From contig OZ024754.1 of assembly GCA_964016885.1 (NCBI GenBank), positions 20,584,001 through 20,648,000 on the forward strand: a stretch of 64,000 nt of DNA, written 5' to 3'. The notes beneath the pieces are model-generated. The model was not told where the DNA came from. It saw only the letters and a list, made by a program, of their open reading frames with translations, and made no database searches. This document shows, in pieces, positions 62,701 to 64,000 of the stretch. Numbering within the stretch: the first letter of the stretch is position 1; every line of letters starts with the position of its first letter. This stretch comes from Eledone cirrhosa (taxonomy: Eukaryota). Both the position numbers and the translations under genes were made by a program.

Positions 62701-64000
62701 ACACCCTCCCATATTACCCTTGGTATTAACATAGACTCCCTCCCATATTACCCTTGGAATTGTCATAGGGACACCCTCCCATATTACCCTTGGTATTAAC
62801 ATAGACTCCCTCCCATATTAGCCTTGGTATTAACATAGACTCCCTCCCATATTACCCTTGGTATTATCATAGGGACTCCCTCCCATATTACCCTTGGTAT
62901 TAACATAGACTCCCTCCCATATTACCCTTGGTATTAACATAGACACCCTCCCATATTACCCTTGGTATTATCATAGGGACTCCCTCCCATATTACCTTTG
63001 GTATTAACATAGACTCCCTCCCATATTACCCTTGGTATTAACATAGACTCCCTCCCATATTACCCTTGGTATTATCATAGGGACTCGCTCCCATATTACC
63101 CTTGTTATTAACATAGACTCCCTCCCATATTACCCTTGGTATTAACATAGACAGCCTCCCATATTACCCTTGGAATTATCATAGGTACACCCTCCCATAT
63201 TACCCTTGGTATTAACATAGACTCCCTCCCATATTACCCTTGGTATTAACATAGGGACTCCCTCCCATATTACCCTTGGTATTAACATAGAGACTCCCCC
63301 CCATATTACCCTTGGTATTAATATAGAGACTCCCTCCCATATTACCCTTGGTGTTAACATAGACTCCCTCCCATATTACCCTTGGTATTAACATAGACTC
63401 CCTCCCATATTACCCTTGGAATTTACATAGGGACTCCCTCCCATATTACCCTTGGTATTATCACAGGGACTCCCTCCCATATTAGCCTTGGTATTAACAT
63501 AGACTCCCTCCCATATTACCCTTGGTATTAACATAGACTCACTCCTATATTTCCCTTGGTATTAACATAGACACCCTCCCATATTAGCCTTGGTATTAAC
63601 ATAGAGACCCCCCCCCATATTACCCTTGGTATTAATATAGACTCCCTCCCATATTACCCTTGGTATTAACATAGACCCCCTCCCATATTACCCATGGTAT
63701 TAGCATAGACTCCCTCCCATATTACCCTTGGTATTAACATAGACTCCCTCCCATATTACCCTTGGTATTAACATAGGGACTCCCTGCCATATTAACCTTG
63801 GTACTAACATAGACTCCCTCCCATATTACCCTTGGTATTAACATAGACTCCCTCCCATATTACCCTTGGTATTAACATAGACTCCCTCCCATGTTAGCCT
63901 TGGTATTAACATAGACTCCTTCCCATATTAGCCTTCGTATTAACATAGACTCCCTCCCATATTAGCCTTGGTATAAACATAGACTCCCTCCCATATTACC
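53790..64000. repeat. Mosaic of duplicated blocks (offsets about 2696, 2877 and 5372 bp)
   Basis: AACAGACTTTCTCCC occurs at 53802 and 56498. ORF signature pairs are 59569/62446 (2877) and 57770/63142 (5372). Shared private variants include TTGGGATTATC, GGAATTGTCATAGG (about 59879 and 62756) and GGAATTTACATAGG (about 58045 and 63418). Confidence 0.75.

Larger units (their letters stand above)
1..64000. repeat. Tandem satellite/minisatellite array of 34/36-bp monomers, consensus (GG/GA)GACTCCCTCCCATATTACCCTTGGTATTAACATA, head-to-tail, extending past both window edges
   Basis: The motif ...CCCATATTA(CCC/GCC/GAC)TTGGTATTAACATA(GG/GA)GACT... recurs every 34 or 36 bp from base 1 to base 64000 with no intervening unique sequence. 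Most monomers differ from consensus at 0-3 positions, and the C-rich strand is always the + strand. Confidence 0.99.
16500..64000. repeat. Array sub-domain B (variant set: GGTATTATCATAGG, ATCATAGGTACACCC, CTACCTCCCATATTACCCTGGGTCTTAAC, AGCATTGGTATTTAC, GAGACCGCCCCCC, ACAATTGGTGTT, ACGGTTGG, GACTCGCTCCC)
   Basis: GGTATTATCATAG is first seen at about 16519, ATCATAGGTACACCC at about 16838, CCCTGGGTCTTAAC at about 16896 and ACAATTGG at about 21911. All then recur through the rest of the window. Confidence 0.85.

Noticed and set aside
134-63394. About 90 minus-strand ORFs of 60-117 aa (MLIPRVIWEGV / YVNTKGNMGGS repeats) as a repetitive protein family or a frameshift-coded system
   Set aside because: Two of the three minus-strand frames of the monomer lack stops. 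A 36-mer keeps the frame, while each 34-mer shifts it until the stop-containing frame (C*YQG*) is reached. This explains why most ORFs end in ...GGSLC. The majority monomer is not a multiple of 3, there is no unique N- or C-terminal domain, and there is no sign of frame preservation.
1-64000. CRISPR array (34-36 bp repeat length, short internal palindrome)
   Set aside because: The repeats are directly head-to-tail with no unique spacers, leader or cas genes.
1-64000. Telomeric repeat array (TTACCC, TTAGCC and TAGGG sub-motifs)
   Set aside because: There is no tandem TTAGGG/CCCTAA, TTAGG or TTAGGC run. These words occur singly within a 34-mer. A subtelomeric location cannot be judged from this window.
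1-64000. Tandem C2H2 zinc-finger or other coding repeat exon
   Set aside because: The period is 34/36 bp rather than 84 bp, and no frame gives C-x2-C...H-x3-H or TGEKP linkers or a long open frame.
1-64000. PRDM9 hotspot motif (CCTCCCT / CCNCCNTNNCCNC) or Chi-like minisatellite core
   Set aside because: The consensus reads CTCCCTCCCA, which does not match these motifs. They are also species- and allele-specific, and the organism is unknown.
1-64000. Promoter, TATA or Shine-Dalgarno-like words (TATTAA on +, GGGAGG upstream of ATG on -)
   Set aside because: They are inherent to every monomer and have no associated gene, so there is no evidence of function.
1-64000. Embedded transposon, inversion or unique island
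   Set aside because: Reading through the window I saw no break in monomer phase beyond 1-4 bp indels and no reverse-complement monomers. Consistent with this, the ORF track is entirely minus-strand and repeat-derived.

Overview
The whole 64 kb window is one uninterrupted, single-orientation tandem repeat (satellite/minisatellite) array. The consensus monomer on the + strand is GACTCCCTCCCATATTACCCTTGGTATTAACATA (34 bp; 11 C, 3 G, 9 A, 11 T; about 41% GC; no CpG). It is interspersed with a common 36-bp class carrying two extra bases after CATA (mostly GG or GA) and with rare 32, 33, 35 and 38 bp monomers, roughly 1,850 monomers in total (64 kb / about 34.5 bp). I found no unique sequence, gene, RNA gene, transposon, inversion or CRISPR spacer. 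All listed ORFs are frame artefacts of the repeat. The informative structure is in the variant pattern: (1) two sub-domains with different diagnostic variants, switching at about 15.3-16.9 kb; (2) nested, kilobase-scale higher-order duplications (offsets of about 244, 1485, 2049, 2107, 2422, 3387, 3423, 3500 and 4316 bp); (3) ordered multi-monomer cassettes that can be traced from an older form in one domain to a changed form in the other; (4) strong G/C strand asymmetry with three G3 tracts per monomer on the - strand. It looks most like eukaryotic heterochromatic satellite DNA, but neither the organism nor a named family can be identified from the sequence alone. I found no support for a novel protein-coding system. 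All coordinates and counts were read by eye or taken from offsets in the ORF track.
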